Source: an uncultured Flavobacteriales bacterium
GTDB lineage: Bacteria; Bacteroidota; Bacteroidia; Flavobacteriales; Schleiferiaceae
Length of the DNA stretch: 61,039 nucleotides
Assembly: GCA_937929815.1 (NCBI GenBank)
Contig: CALFUW010000034.1
Location: forward strand, 1-61,039
Direction of reading: 5' to 3'
Shown here piece after piece: positions 17,838 through 28,132 of this stretch (position 1 is its first letter; every line of letters begins with the position of its first letter). A program made the translations under genes and the position numbers. The notes under the pieces are model-generated. The model saw only the letters and a program-made list of their open reading frames with translations, was not told the DNA's origin and did not search any database.

Positions 17838-19859
17838 GGCCGGCTGACTTAGAGCTGATTCAACCAACTGATGATTGACCAGATGTGGAGTAGTGACCAC
17901 TAAGTCCGGTGTTCGTTGCATTTCTCGCTCTATGGCAAAGCGGGCATTTGGATTTCTAGCCCAGCTACGGCGGGCAATACCATTGTTTACGTCGAAGAAC
18001 AACATGTTCTCAAGATTTTTCTCAGCCTGGTCTGTGCCGTCAATGAGCATTCCAAAACCTCCATTGATAACCTCGCCCCAGCCTACACCTCCGCCATTGT
18101 GTATGCTTACCCATGTGGCTCCTCTGAAGCTGTCTCCAATGACATTGTGAATGGCCATATCCGCCGTAAAGGCAGAGCCATCATAGATGTTGGAAGTTTC
18201 TCGATATGGAGAGTCTGTACCGCTCACATCATGGTGATCCCGTCCAAGTATAACAGGCCTAATTCTGCCGGATTTTATAGCCTCATTGAAAGCACGTGCT
18301 ATTTCGATACGCCCTTCACTATCAGCATACAATATTCTTGCTTTGGACCCTACGACCAGATTGTTTTCACCTGCGTTTTCGATCCATTGAATATTGTCCC
18401 TGAGCTGCATGCGGATCTGCCCGGGTGCCTCGTCATATAATTTCTTCAATACAGATGCTGCCAGCATATCTGTGTATCTCAAATCCTCATCTCTTCCTGA
18501 GGCACATATCCACCTGAAGGGACCAAAACCATAATCGAAACACATAGGGCCCATGATATCCTGTACATAACTTGGATAGCGAAAATGAATTCCGTCAGCA
18601 GCCATGATGTCGGCACCAGCACGCGATGCCATCAGAAGAAAGGCATTTCCATAATCAAAAAAGTAAGTCCCCCTGGATGTGTGAAGATTAACCAACTCAA
18701 CATGCTTGTGTAGGGACTGGTGAACAATTTCGCGAAATCGTTCCGGATCATCAGTCATCATGCGGTTAGCCTCCTCAAATGTGAGTCCATAAGGATAATA
18801 ACCCCCGGAATAAGGATTGTGCAGAGACGTCTGATCACTGCCAATATCCACATAAATGCCCTCATTCAGAAAAGCGTCCCAAACCTCTATGACATTTCCG
18901 AGATATGCAAAGGATGTATCAGATTTTTTTGCCAACTCCTCCTTTACCCGCCGACATAGTGCGCTTATATCTGTTACAACTTCATCTACCCAGCCTTGCT
19001 GGTAGCGAGTGTAAAGTGGTTTTGGATTGACTTCTGCAGTTACAGACACACAGCCGGCTATTTTAGCTGCCTTAGGCTGTGCACCACTCATGCCCCCAAG
19101 GCCCGCTGTCACAAAGAGGCGGCCTGCTCCGGGATGTTCATCGTTGGGATAGACCTTTCGGAGGGCATTGAGTACAGTGATATAAGTGCCGTGTACGATG
19201 CCTTGTGAGCCGATGTACATGTAGGAGCCCGCTGTCATCTGTCCATACTGTGTTACACCCAGTGCATTAAAACGGTCATAGTCGTCAGAAGATGAATAAT
19301 TCGGAATCATCATTCCATTGGTTACAACCACACGAGGTGAATCCGTACTGCTTGGAAATAGCCCCATCGGGTGTCCGCTGTATATATGGAGGGTCTGCTG
19401 ATCAGTCATGGTGGCCAGGTACTTCATGGTGAGAAGGTATTGTGCCCAGTTTTGAAATACTGCACCATTGCCGCCGTAGGTGATTAATTCATGCGGATGC
19501 TGAGCCACATTTGGATCAAGATTGTTTTGAATCATCAGCATAATGGCTGCAGCATGACGGCTTTTATGTGGATACTCCTGGATTGGCCTCGCATACATTT
19601 CATAATCAGGCCTGAATCGGTACATATAAATACGACCATAAGATTCCAACTCTTGATAAAATTCAGGAGCCAACACTTCGTGGTGTCGAGGATGAAAATA
19701 TCTAAGTGCATTGTGCAATGCCAGCTCCTTTTCTTGTGCTGTAAGTATATTCCTCCGTTTAGGAGCATGATTTATTGTGGGATCAAATTGTTTTGGCGCT
19801 GGTAATTCTTCCGGTATTCCTTGTAAGATTTGTTCAGCAAATGAAAGATTTTGGTTCAT
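17817..19859 (-). CDS. hutU: Urocanate hydratase (long form)
   Basis: ELITYGGNG, YGQMTAGSYMYIG, GLGGMSGAQPKA, SDQTSLHNP, GRDHHDVSG, HNGGGVGWG. Confidence 0.96.
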   Translation of the reverse strand: MNQNLSFAEQILQGIPEELPAPKQFDPTINHAPKRRNILTAQEKELALHNALRYFHPRHHEVLAPEFYQELESYGRIYMYRFRPDYEMYARPIQEYPHKSRHAAAIMLMIQNNLDPNVAQHPHELITYGGNGAVFQNWAQYLLTMKYLATMTDQQTLHIYSGHPMGLFPSSTDSPRVVVTNGMMIPNYSSSDDYDRFNALGVTQYGQMTAGSYMYIGSQGIVHGTYITVLNALRKVYPNDEHPGAGRLFVTAGLGGMSGAQPKAAKIAGCVSVTAEVNPKPLYTRYQQGWVDEVVTDISALCRRVKEELAKKSDTSFAYLGNVIEVWDAFLNEGIYVDIGSDQTSLHNPYSGGYYPYGLTFEEANRMMTDDPERFREIVHQSLHKHVELVNLHTSRGTYFFDYGNAFLLMASRAGADIMAADGIHFRYPSYVQDIMGPMCFDYGFGPFRWICASGRDEDLRYTDMLAASVLKKLYDEAPGQIRMQLRDNIQWIENAGENNLVVGSKARILYADSEGRIEIARAFNEAIKSGRIRPVILGRDHHDVSGTDSPYRETSNIYDGSAFTADMAIHNVIGDSFRGATWVSIHNGGGVGWGEVINGGFGMLIDGTDQAEKNLENMLFFDVNNGIARRSWARNPNARFAIEREMQRTPDLVVTTPHLVNHQLVESALSQPASGEHID

Positions 19860-19923
19860 GTTATGCGTGTTTTAAATCCGGCTTCTTAAGGCTGTAAAGA
19901 TAAGATTAGCAACCGCCTTGCCT

Positions 19924-19931
19924 TATTTTTG
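19924..19931 (+). promoter_or_regulatory. Bacteroidota -7 promoter element for elbB
   Basis: TATTTTTG 23 nt before ATG 19954. Confidence 0.5.
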
Positions 19932-19953
19932 TAACAATCAAAACCCTAAGATT

Positions 19954-20634
19954 ATGAAAAAATACGCCGTACTGTTAGCGGGATGCGGAGTGTACGATGG
20001 CTCCGAAATTCACGAAGCCGTATTCTCGATTTTAGCTATATCCCAGAATGGACATCAATATCAATGCTTTGCTCCAAACAAGAACCAACACCATGTAGTC
20101 AATCACCTCAACGGCGAAGAAATGCAAGAAGCACGCAACATATTGATCGAATCTGCTCGCATAGCCCGTGGTAATATTAAGAATATAAAAGAACTCGACG
20201 CAGAGCACTATGATGGTTTGGTGATGCCGGGTGGATTTGGCGCTGCTAAAAACTGGAGCAAGTGGGCTTTTGAAGGTCCAAAAGGTGAAGTTGACCCCGA
20301 TATCAAAAAGGTCATTCTCGATTTTATATCTTTAGGCAAGCCCATTTGTGCCCTTTGTGTGGCTCCGGCTATCCTGGCCAAGGCTTTGGAAAATAGCCCA
20401 TATTCCGCTGAAATCACTCTTGGCTCCACAGCTGAATCATCTCCATACGACATTGCGGGTACTCATCAGGCAGTGGCTACGCTTGGTGTTAAAACCGTGG
20501 AAAAAACACTAAAAGAGATCTGTGTCGATACTGAATCTAAAATCATAACAGCGCCATGCTACATGATGGAGGGCAGAATTAGTGAAATCTATGATAATAT
20601 AAAAATGGCCATCGACAGACTCTCGGATTTTTAA
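19954..20634 (+). CDS. elbB: ElbB/ES1 glyoxalase (DJ-1/PfpI superfamily)
   Basis: LAGCGVYDGSEIHE, ESARIARG, PGGFGAAKN, ALCVAP, TAPCYM. Confidence 0.93.
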   Translation: MKKYAVLLAGCGVYDGSEIHEAVFSILAISQNGHQYQCFAPNKNQHHVVNHLNGEEMQEARNILIESARIARGNIKNIKELDAEHYDGLVMPGGFGAAKNWSKWAFEGPKGEVDPDIKKVILDFISLGKPICALCVAPAILAKALENSPYSAEITLGSTAESSPYDIAGTHQAVATLGVKTVEKTLKEICVDTESKIITAPCYMMEGRISEIYDNIKMAIDRLSDF

Positions 20635-20883
20635 AAATTGCGTTAGCATCTCGCTACATTCTAGTATTTTGAATTTTTGTTTTGCCAAGGGATTATCGCG
20701 ACCTGATTGCATTTTTAAAGTAATAACCTAACTGTATTTATCAACTATCCCAACATCAGGAAAATGCTGTCTTTGGCGATTATCCCGAAACATTAATTAA
20801 ATTGATTTCAATGCCCAAAATTGACCGAAATGTATGTATTCGGATCCGTCCGTAGAATTGAAACCCCGAGGTGATTGCGTGTC

Positions 20884-20891
20884 TATCTTTG
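20884..20891 (+). promoter_or_regulatory. Bacteroidota -7 promoter element for dusB
   Basis: TATCTTTG just upstream of ATG 20907, flanked by the short inverted repeat GAGGTG/CACCTC. Confidence 0.6.
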
Positions 20892-20906
20892 CACCTCAGG
20901 AACATT

Positions 20907-21887
20907 ATGGTAAAAATCGGTAATATTGAATTGGGTAATTTTCCCATCCTCCTTGCTCCGATGGAAGATGTCAGTGATCCTCCTTTCCGAAAGGTGTGCA
21001 AACAGTATGGAGCCGATCTTATGTTTACGGAATTTATCAGTTCGGAAGGACTCATTCGGGATGCCATCAAGAGCCGGGTAAAGCTCGATATTTTTGATTA
21101 TGAACGACCTATAGGTATTCAGATCTTCGGCGGAGACGAAGAGGCTATGGCTTTGGCTACAGAAATTGTAGATGCCACAGGGCCGGACTTGGTCGATATC
21201 AACTTCGGATGTCCGGTCAAAAAGGTTGTATGCAAAGGAGCAGGTGCGGGCGTCCTCAAAGACGTATCCCTCATGGAAAGACTGACCCGTGCAGTGGTCA
21301 GAAGCACCTCACTGCCGGTGACAGTCAAGACGCGCCTTGGCTGGGATGAGTCCAGCAAAAACATAGAAGATGTAGCCGAAAGATTACAGGATGTGGGCAT
21401 CAAAGCACTTACAATACATGGTCGCACTCGAGTACAGATGTATAAGGGTGAAGCTGACTGGACTCTGATAGCCCGGGTGAAAAACAATCCCAGAATACAC
21501 ATTCCCATATTTGGGAACGGGGATATTGATTCACCTCAAAAAGCACTGGAATACAAAAACCGCTACGGAGTGGATGGCATTATGATTGGCCGTGCTGCTA
21601 TCGGGTATCCATTTATTTTCAGAGAAGTTAAACACTACCTTTCAACAGGCCAATTGCTACCACCCCCTACACTTGAAGAGCGCATTGATGCATGCTTCAA
21701 GCATTTTGAATTCAGTCTGAAGTGGAAAGGCCATAGACTTGGGCTGATTGAAATGCGAAGCCATTACGCAAATTATTTTAAAGGGATACCCAATTTCAAG
21801 CCTTTTAAAGTCCGGCTTCTTACATCTGACTCTGCAGAAGAAGTTACGGAGATTTTAAGCGAAATACGACAACTCGAATTTGCATAA
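20907..21887 (+). CDS. dusB: tRNA-dihydrouridine synthase B
   Basis: LAPMEDVSD, DINFGCPVKKV, VTVKTRLGWD, TIHGRT, GNGDI, MIGRAA. Confidence 0.93.
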   Translation: MVKIGNIELGNFPILLAPMEDVSDPPFRKVCKQYGADLMFTEFISSEGLIRDAIKSRVKLDIFDYERPIGIQIFGGDEEAMALATEIVDATGPDLVDINFGCPVKKVVCKGAGAGVLKDVSLMERLTRAVVRSTSLPVTVKTRLGWDESSKNIEDVAERLQDVGIKALTIHGRTRVQMYKGEADWTLIARVKNNPRIHIPIFGNGDIDSPQKALEYKNRYGVDGIMIGRAAIGYPFIFREVKHYLSTGQLLPPPTLEERIDACFKHFEFSLKWKGHRLGLIEMRSHYANYFKGIPNFKPFKVRLLTSDSAEEVTEILSEIRQLEFA

Positions 21888-21893
21888 AATATA

Positions 21894-23099
21894 ATGAATC
21901 AAGCATTTATAATCGACGGAGTACGTACACCTATTGGAAAATTCTGCGGTTCACTTTCGGATGTACGCGCCGACGACTTAGCGGCACATGTGATTTCTCA
22001 ATTGTTGAAACGACAGCCCGGAATATCCCCTGATGATATAGATGACGTAGTGTTAGGATGTGCCAATCAGGCCGGTGAAGACAACCGGAACATTGCCAGA
22101 ATGGCCCTGCTGCTGGCTGGTCTTCCTGTGACTGTGCCCGGTGAGACCGTAAATCGTCTCTGTGCCAGTGGCCTTGCTGCATCTGTGCATGCCATGAGGG
22201 CGATACGCTCAGGAGATGCGCATTTGATGATCACCGGAGGGGTTGAGCACATGACCCGTGCTCCATTTGTTATAAGCAAGCCCTCTAAGGCCTATGGAAC
22301 CGACAGTCAGATGTACGACAGCTCTTTTGGATGGAGGTTTATTAATCCTCGTATGGCAGAGATGTACGGCACAGAAGCTATGGGCGAAACCGCCGAGAAT
22401 CTGGTTGAATTATATAAAATCAGCCGAGAGGATCAGGATGCTTTTGCCTATCGCAGTCAGTTGAAAGCTGCCGAAGCCCAACGCAGTGGTAGATTTGAGA
22501 TAGAAATCTCCTCCGTTGAAGTTCCGCAAAAGAAGGGAAACCCAATACGAGTGCACCAAGACGAGTTTCTGAAACCTGATACCACCCTTCAGATACTTGC
22601 CGGACTAAGGCCTGCCTTTCGCAAAAACGGCACCGTGACCGCCGGTAATGCATCCGGCCTTAATGATGGTGCTGCTGCTCTACTGATTGCATCTGATAAA
22701 TATGTGCACAAACACTCCCTAAAACCTTTGGCACGAATGGTAAGTATGGGTGTCGCCGGAGTAGAGCCTCGAATTATGGGTATAGGCCCTGTGAAAGCAT
22801 CTGAAATTGCCCTGAAAAAAGCAGGCCTGCAGTTGGATCAAATGGACATTATTGAAATCAATGAAGCCTTTGCCGCACAGGTATTAGCCTGTACACGGCT
22901 GATGAATCTATCGGATGATGACCCAAGAATCAATCCCAACGGAGGTGCCATAGCACTAGGACACCCTCTTGGTATGTCGGGAGCCCGGATTTTATATTCT
23001 GCAGCTTTGCAACTTGCTATTACACGCAAACGATATGCACTGGTGACTATGTGTATCGGTGTAGGTCAAGGATATGCCGTAGTGATCGAAAGGGCGTGA
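21894..23099 (+). CDS. pcaF: 3-oxoadipyl-CoA/acetyl-CoA C-acyltransferase (PcaF/PaaJ-type thiolase)
   Basis: GCANQAGEDNRN, NRLCASG, NEAFAAQ, GGAIALGHPLG, MCIGVGQG. Confidence 0.9.
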   Translation: MNQAFIIDGVRTPIGKFCGSLSDVRADDLAAHVISQLLKRQPGISPDDIDDVVLGCANQAGEDNRNIARMALLLAGLPVTVPGETVNRLCASGLAASVHAMRAIRSGDAHLMITGGVEHMTRAPFVISKPSKAYGTDSQMYDSSFGWRFINPRMAEMYGTEAMGETAENLVELYKISREDQDAFAYRSQLKAAEAQRSGRFEIEISSVEVPQKKGNPIRVHQDEFLKPDTTLQILAGLRPAFRKNGTVTAGNASGLNDGAAALLIASDKYVHKHSLKPLARMVSMGVAGVEPRIMGIGPVKASEIALKKAGLQLDQMDIIEINEAFAAQVLACTRLMNLSDDDPRINPNGGAIALGHPLGMSGARILYSAALQLAITRKRYALVTMCIGVGQGYAVVIERA

Positions 23100-23134
23100 A
23101 TCCCGGGATTAATTCCTTGCAATCTGTAAGAAGC

Positions 23135-25894
23135 GTGAGGCATTTATTGCTTCTGACCTTCTTCACAACATTTGCATTCGGCTTAATCGGACGTTCAGAA
23201 GCGCTCCCTGTATGCTCTATGTATGTGCGTGTAAGTCATCACACCCAAAAGGCATTTATTCGTGTGGTATGGAAAGGTCTGTCATCGGTAGATACTGCAT
23301 GGTTTTACTATATGCCGGCAGCGCTCGCTGACCCGAAATCTTTTTTTTCCGAAGAGCAGGATGAATATCAACTTGCTAGTTTGCATTTTTTCAAACAGAA
23401 AAATGAATTTGCGCTTCCGCCCTTCGAAGAATCTCATCACCTCATCAAACATCCAACACACACCGAAGTATTCGGACTTGTCGGTGCTGGCGATTCTGTA
23501 TCCTTTACATACACACTAAATCTTTTAAGTCATCCCTATCCAGTCAGCGCTTTGCTTCCCGGAGGGGACATTTTACTGCAATTTTTTTATCCGCAACCCG
23601 CAGATATCAATAGATTATCGCATTTCAACAATCATTTATATCTCAATCTTCCTCGGCATACCTGTAGAATTACAGTAGAAGCTAACGCGGACTTCTATGT
23701 ACTTGCACCGGGACAAATAACATCAGAATATCTGAACCCTGACATTCGTTGGACTATTTCCGCAGACGGCAATCAGCACTGCAATCTCCTGCTCACTCGC
23801 ACGCTGGTAAAGCTGCCATCGATCAGGGGCAGTGAGAAAATAACGGTTTTTGCCAGGGTAGAAAACATCACCGCCCTCTCCACTGTCTTTTCTGAAATTA
23901 AAACTATCGAATCATATCTGGAAGATGAATATCGGTTGCCTCCTTTAGAAGTGCTTACTATAGCAGATTTTTCGGGTTACGAAAATCGAATGTTTTCAAA
24001 CGGATACGTACAGCCCATCCGAATACCTACAGTCACCGAATATTTGCCGGCAGCTATCGCCGGAGCATACTTCGACGGATTTTGTGCTCGTAAAATTTAT
24101 GGTGACCGATGGAAAAATCCTGTATTTTTCACATCTGTAGCAGAGTATTTTAAATATGAATACATCAAAAAACACCACTCAGAAATCAAGCTTGCAGGAC
24201 CTTTGGTCAATACGTGGATTGGCTCTGTGTTTCGATTACAAAATTTACCCTATCATTATCAAAATCAACTAATTTATCTTTTCACAGAACGTCAGGGGCT
24301 GTCTCAGCCTCTCAGTGATGAATATTCAATCGCATCCCGACTGCACATCGACGGAGCCGGTATTGCAAAATACATATCCGGTTTATTTCATCTGAAAGGG
24401 TATCTTGGCGATTTAAAATTCAGAAAAATCTTCCATGAAGCTTTTCATTCAGGCAAGTTTGATACTCCGGAGGATTTTCATCACTTTCTGAGCGAAAATC
24501 ACCATAAATCGCTGGACTGGTTTACTGACGAGATGTATAAAAAAAACAGAGTTTTGGATTATGCTGTACTTGGATCAAAAAGGTGCAACTACACACAGGT
24601 TGTAACTATAAGAAACCATGGTACCATGACAGCACCTATTCCCATATCAGGAATAAAGGATAACAAAATCTTCATCACTCAGTGGTACGAAGGTCATAAA
24701 GGAGTGCGGAAAATACCAATACATACCGAAGAATTTGAGCGGATTATCATAGATGCACAACTTGTCACTCCGGAAATAAACCACCACAATAATCAGATAC
24801 GCACATCTGGTATTTTCCGAAAAGTAGAACCTGTCAGGTTTCAATTTTACACCGGTCTGGAAGAACCGCTAAAAAACCAGCTGTACTGGCTGCCGGCAGT
24901 TGGTTACAATGCATATGACCAGTTGTTATTGGGGCTTTCTGTGTACAACAATGGTCTGCTTCTCAAAAAATTTGAATACCTCGTGAGTCCACAATTTTCG
25001 ACCGGCACCGGAAAACTCACCGGAACGGCCAACTTTGCTGTCAACTACCCACTCTTCAGTGGACCTCTTCATATGCTGCGGGCAGGTATTTTTTTTAAGC
25101 ATTTTCACTACGACCGCGATCTTTCATTTACCAGGTGGTCGCCAACTGTTCGCCTGTGGTGGCGAAAGTCTAACCCGCGCTCAAAGACTTTTCATATAAC
25201 AAGACTTCGATATGTAGATGTGTATCGCGAACTACCACCGGATTTAGAAGAGCTCCCTGTTGAGATCACAAATGCCAGCTATGGAATATTCAGTCTTGGC
25301 CACACAGTGGAATACACCTCCATTCTGAAACCTAGCATTGTAAAACTGAACTTCGAAAACGGAAATTCATTTACCAAACTGTTTGGTGAATGGGATCAGA
25401 GATGGATGCTTTCAAATAAAAAATGGCTGATTGCCAGATTATTTTACGGTCAGTTTCTTCGAAACAATGTACCTGTAGCCAATGCCTTTTACAACTTTGG
25501 CATGTCAGGTACCTTGGATTACAATTTTGATTACCTCCTTTATGGACGCAGTGACAGTGCAGGCCTATGGAGTCAGCAAATGTTTGTCACAGACGGAGGA
25601 TTCAGAGCAGGTACCGGACTTTTTGCACAGCGATGGATGGCAACGGCCAATTTAAGCGTACCGGTTTGGAAATTTGCCGGATTGTACGGCGATGCAGGAT
25701 TTAGCGACGGCATATTTTCGTATGGAATGGGTGTTAGGTTGGCCTTTATTACCGACTTTTTTGAAGTGTATTGTCCATTGATTTCATCTCATACACGGCA
25801 AGGCATGCCTCCGGGCTATCTTCCCACGATCAGATTTCTTGTAAATCCTGATCTGAATGCCATCATGCAGCGACTTCGTCGGGGTTGGTTTTAA
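23135..25894 (+). CDS. Large exported protein: degenerate M1/gluzincin-like N-terminal region plus C-terminal beta-barrel-like region
   Basis: Signal peptide from GTG 23135 (track start 23051). M1-like features (LKGYLGD..F, LDWFTDEMY, IIDAQLVTPEINHHNN) but no HEXXH. Aromatic-rich beta-strand C-terminus ending RGWF. Confidence 0.65.
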   Translation: MRHLLLLTFFTTFAFGLIGRSEALPVCSMYVRVSHHTQKAFIRVVWKGLSSVDTAWFYYMPAALADPKSFFSEEQDEYQLASLHFFKQKNEFALPPFEESHHLIKHPTHTEVFGLVGAGDSVSFTYTLNLLSHPYPVSALLPGGDILLQFFYPQPADINRLSHFNNHLYLNLPRHTCRITVEANADFYVLAPGQITSEYLNPDIRWTISADGNQHCNLLLTRTLVKLPSIRGSEKITVFARVENITALSTVFSEIKTIESYLEDEYRLPPLEVLTIADFSGYENRMFSNGYVQPIRIPTVTEYLPAAIAGAYFDGFCARKIYGDRWKNPVFFTSVAEYFKYEYIKKHHSEIKLAGPLVNTWIGSVFRLQNLPYHYQNQLIYLFTERQGLSQPLSDEYSIASRLHIDGAGIAKYISGLFHLKGYLGDLKFRKIFHEAFHSGKFDTPEDFHHFLSENHHKSLDWFTDEMYKKNRVLDYAVLGSKRCNYTQVVTIRNHGTMTAPIPISGIKDNKIFITQWYEGHKGVRKIPIHTEEFERIIIDAQLVTPEINHHNNQIRTSGIFRKVEPVRFQFYTGLEEPLKNQLYWLPAVGYNAYDQLLLGLSVYNNGLLLKKFEYLVSPQFSTGTGKLTGTANFAVNYPLFSGPLHMLRAGIFFKHFHYDRDLSFTRWSPTVRLWWRKSNPRSKTFHITRLRYVDVYRELPPDLEELPVEITNASYGIFSLGHTVEYTSILKPSIVKLNFENGNSFTKLFGEWDQRWMLSNKKWLIARLFYGQFLRNNVPVANAFYNFGMSGTLDYNFDYLLYGRSDSAGLWSQQMFVTDGGFRAGTGLFAQRWMATANLSVPVWKFAGLYGDAGFSDGIFSYGMGVRLAFITDFFEVYCPLISSHTRQGMPPGYLPTIRFLVNPDLNAIMQRLRRGWF

Positions 25895-25903
25895 TTAGCC
25901 CCT

Positions 25904-26929
25904 TCACTCTTTATCGGGAATCAACAGGACTTGTCCTTCAAATATTTTATCGTTTTGTATGGAATTGACTCGTTGAATGCTTTGGATTGATACACCGTAT
26001 TTTTTTGAAATCTGAGTCAGTGTTTCACCTCTTATTACTACATGTTTGACATAGGTAGGCGCCAATTGCTGCTTGTCTAAAATGCGGTTTGGCGGTTTGT
26101 AAGGTACAGGAGTGTTAAACTCTTTAGTCTCTTTAGGGATAAGGACGGGATAGTACGGAGGTATGACATTGATACGAAAAACAGGATTTAATGCCTCCGT
26201 CATTTTTAAATCACTTCTCAGGACAATCCACTGAGATATCGAAACTGCATAGGGATGCTGATGCAGAATAGTCTTCTCCGTCAAAGGAATTTCTGCTGGA
26301 CGAATTTGAGAAAAATAGCTTAAAAGTCCATCAAAGAGATGCCTGCTCTGCTCATCGGATGCAAGATGTTCCCCCGCAAATTCATTAAAAAAACCTGTTA
26401 AAAAATTCGGATAAGCTCTCATCCATGCTTGCAAACACCTGAGGTTCTCAGGTATTTTAAACCGTTCATCTACCACGGCATCGATGCGAAGACCACATTT
26501 CATGGCTTGTAAAGTAGAGAGTCTTCCTGCGCCGGCAAGGTCTGTCCTGTCGTGAAATACCTCATTTAATCCAGTATAAAGAGTTGCCAAAGCTAATGTG
26601 GAGTCGCTGATGTCGCGGTATTGCGATTTGAAAAGGGAGATCGCATGCACCTGTCTCACAGAGTGCTTTCTCAGAAATTGGGCTGCGTGTTCATTTCTAA
26701 GTTGTCTGGCTTGGGGAAGAAATTCTCTTACCAACGCTGTCAACTCGCCATAATTTGGGGGTGGTTCATCAGGCAAAACAAACGAATACCTTATTTCAAG
26801 CCACTTTATAACATCCTGACCAGATAGGTTGGTTCCTACAGCAGCCAGAATCCACAATAGGCAAATTACTTTACTGCGGATCGTCGAATCTTTTCTTCTG
26901 TCGATGAGATGATCGGTACTGAATGGCAT
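25904..26929 (-). CDS. LysM-domain protein with a degenerate MltD-like lytic transglycosylase domain
   Basis: C-terminal LysM (HVVIRGETLTQISKKYGVSIQSIQRVN...IFEGQVLLIP) and the MltD-like segment GLRIDAVVDERF. True start probably downstream of the track start. Confidence 0.75.
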   Translation of the reverse strand: MPFSTDHLIDRRKDSTIRSKVICLLWILAAVGTNLSGQDVIKWLEIRYSFVLPDEPPPNYGELTALVREFLPQARQLRNEHAAQFLRKHSVRQVHAISLFKSQYRDISDSTLALATLYTGLNEVFHDRTDLAGAGRLSTLQAMKCGLRIDAVVDERFKIPENLRCLQAWMRAYPNFLTGFFNEFAGEHLASDEQSRHLFDGLLSYFSQIRPAEIPLTEKTILHQHPYAVSISQWIVLRSDLKMTEALNPVFRINVIPPYYPVLIPKETKEFNTPVPYKPPNRILDKQQLAPTYVKHVVIRGETLTQISKKYGVSIQSIQRVNSIQNDKIFEGQVLLIPDKE

Positions 26930-27146
26930 TATCCAAATGTATACGGTATTTTACAGCTGAGCCTACGAGACTTATCCCTGCATTGATACACACCAGCGCA
27001 AGGGTACCCAAAAAAATCCACCAAATACCGGTACCGGAAGATTTCTTAATGATCGCCTCACCCAGTAAACTCAATCCAAAACCATTAAGTATCAAGCCTG
27101 ATATAGCGAAGGTGAGCCACTTTTTTTTTAACTTAATCCTCAGCAT
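26871..27146 (-). CDS. Small two-TM membrane protein
   Basis: KWLTFAISGLILNGFGLSLLGEA...WIFLGTLALVCINAGISLVG, in a co-oriented gene string. Confidence 0.7.
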   Translation of the reverse strand: MLRIKLKKKWLTFAISGLILNGFGLSLLGEAIIKKSSGTGIWWIFLGTLALVCINAGISLVGSAVKYRIHLDNAIQYRSSHRQKKRFDDPQ

Positions 27147-27152
27147 ATCAAT

Positions 27153-28109
27153 TTATGACTTTTTATTGGTAAATGAATATGTTAATCCAAGGCCAAGTAA
27201 CTGTCTCAATTGCAATGCAGGAGCATTGGCTTTGCCGTCTCCACTGGTATCTTTGACCAAAACATCATCATCAAAGATCATTTGAAGCTGAAAACTTACT
27301 GAAAGATATTTATACACTTTGAACACGACAATATTATCCCAGTTGACATCAATATTCTGCGGACGGTCCAGATAATTGGAGAAGAGATTAAGCCTTGAAA
27401 ATAGTTCTACATTTTCCTGAAAGCGCTTTTTGTATATAAACTCCAAAAAAGCACCCATTTCTGTACGGAGACCTCCTCTGTTTAACGCTATGATGTTAGG
27501 AATGGTCTTGTCAAAAAACTGATTTCTCTCAAACAGAGAATCATCCAGAACAAAAGTTTGTTTTACTTGCAGAGGTGAGATGTATATGGACAGGTTTTTA
27601 ACACCGGTATTTGTAAGACCCAGACCATAAGACAGATACGCCGGAGCCATAAATGTAGAAATCCGAATTGAATCTTGTGGATTTCGGAACCCATCAGCAA
27701 ACTGCGTCCTGAAATTTCCAAAAATCGAAACATTCCATTTGCTTTCACCGAGCGCTCTGTCCAGGCGAGTGGTAAATTCTAGCCGATCATCGGTTTTGAT
27801 GGTAGCATCTTCCTGAAAGTTATATCCAAGATTAGCCTCCAGCAGATTAAACCATTTCCAGCCATCGAAACTTTTAATAGCTCTTTGGCGCAAAACTCCT
27901 GTGATGTTAAGGTTATTGTTTCCTCCGGCAGCCCAATTGGTCAGGGTAGTCTGGGCAATGGCAAGATTGTACAGACCATCAATGAGCCATTTGTCTGATG
28001 CCTCTTCAACTTGACCTTTTTTTTCTACTGCTTTAAAGGTATCTTCAAGATTTTGAGCGTTGAATAAACTTACAGACACACCGAGCATCAAAGTAATTAT
28101 TCTCTTCAT
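27153..28109 (-). CDS. DUF3078 family outer-membrane protein
   Basis: NWAAGGNNN, KTDDRLEF, FRTQFADG, FMAPAYL, LFSNYLDRPQNIDVNW. Confidence 0.88.
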   Translation of the reverse strand: MKRIITLMLGVSVSLFNAQNLEDTFKAVEKKGQVEEASDKWLIDGLYNLAIAQTTLTNWAAGGNNNLNITGVLRQRAIKSFDGWKWFNLLEANLGYNFQEDATIKTDDRLEFTTRLDRALGESKWNVSIFGNFRTQFADGFRNPQDSIRISTFMAPAYLSYGLGLTNTGVKNLSIYISPLQVKQTFVLDDSLFERNQFFDKTIPNIIALNRGGLRTEMGAFLEFIYKKRFQENVELFSRLNLFSNYLDRPQNIDVNWDNIVVFKVYKYLSVSFQLQMIFDDDVLVKDTSGDGKANAPALQLRQLLGLGLTYSFTNKKS

Positions 28110-28132
28110 GACAATAAAAGGGGATTAAATGA

